DNA of 64,000 bases, from assembly GCF_001194135.2 (NCBI RefSeq), contig NC_068983.1, positions 87,262,097 through 87,326,096 on the forward strand, in the 5' to 3' direction. This stretch comes from Octopus bimaculoides (taxonomy: Eukaryota). The position numbers and the translations under genes are program-made. This document shows, piece after piece, positions 63,448 to 64,000 of this stretch. The notes beneath the pieces are model-generated. The model searched no databases. It saw nothing but the letters and a program-made list of their open reading frames with translations, and was not told the origin of the DNA. The stretch's first letter is position 1. Each line of letters begins with the position of its first letter.

Positions 63448-64000
63448 AGAACCTACAACCACAAGCACACGAAGGGACCTCTACAAGATCGTTCAACCTG
63501 GTAGAAACAGTAATTCTTTTTCGTCAAATCACACTCTGCTTATCAAAAAAAAAAAAAGGAGGGGGAGGCACATTGAGTAATGCAGTCCCCGATATAGAAG
63601 AAGACGAGGCAACTACGACTGGAAAATCTTTGATTTTTAAATCTGTTCAGTTAGGACTGTTCTGGGACTGAATAATAGCTCTCAGATGATTCACCTCTGT
63701 ACAGACGAACAACACTGCTTATAACATGAAAGAAAATTACCTACCATCACCACCACCACCACCACCATCAACAACGTTCCTACATGGTTGCTCCACCGAC
63801 TAAATTTTCCTGAAATCACATCCTATGTCACCCTCATTTTATATCTTTTTTTCCATGCTGGCATAGGTTAAATGGACCATCACAACCTGCATTACATTGC
63901 CCACATATCATTAGAGAAAATGGGCTAACTGTGGTTATTGTGAATGTCATAGATGCCTTTTATTGTGCCACTGGCACTAAGAAGTTGACCCAAGTGAGAA

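Overview
Eukaryotic, AT-rich, repeat-dense genomic DNA. The SINE/RTE families, microsatellites and long introns suggest an octopus or related coleoid; this is an inference from recognised repeats, not a database match. Genes reconstructed by hand from splice sites and reading frame: (1) a complete 9-exon PTCD2-like mitochondrial PPR gene on + (12743-32656, 396 aa, all phases consistent); (2) the first coding exon of a putative glucose-6-phosphate 1-epimerase on - (12422-12494), head-to-head with PTCD2 across a 248-bp promoter; (3) the last three coding exons of MTHFR on - (33797-36666), tail-to-tail with PTCD2, with no upstream MTHFR exons found in the remaining 27 kb. A fourth, weaker candidate is an NRF1/ETS-motif promoter plus a signal-anchor first exon on + at 50.6-50.8 kb. 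The rest is transposon debris: Penelope-like, RTE, CR1/L2, Jockey-like, Tx1/L1 and CRE-like retroelements, Gypsy remnants and solo LTRs, a mariner, a 5.1-kb nested hAT, tRNA-derived SINEs and several foldback MITEs. No CRISPR array, rRNA or intact tRNA gene was seen. The most unusual patterns are foldback elements with telomeric (CCCTAA/TTAGGG) cores, a Tx1 LINE and SINE that both appear to home to (TAA)n tracts, and a decayed minimal hammerhead motif. I cannot show that any of these is undescribed without database searches.
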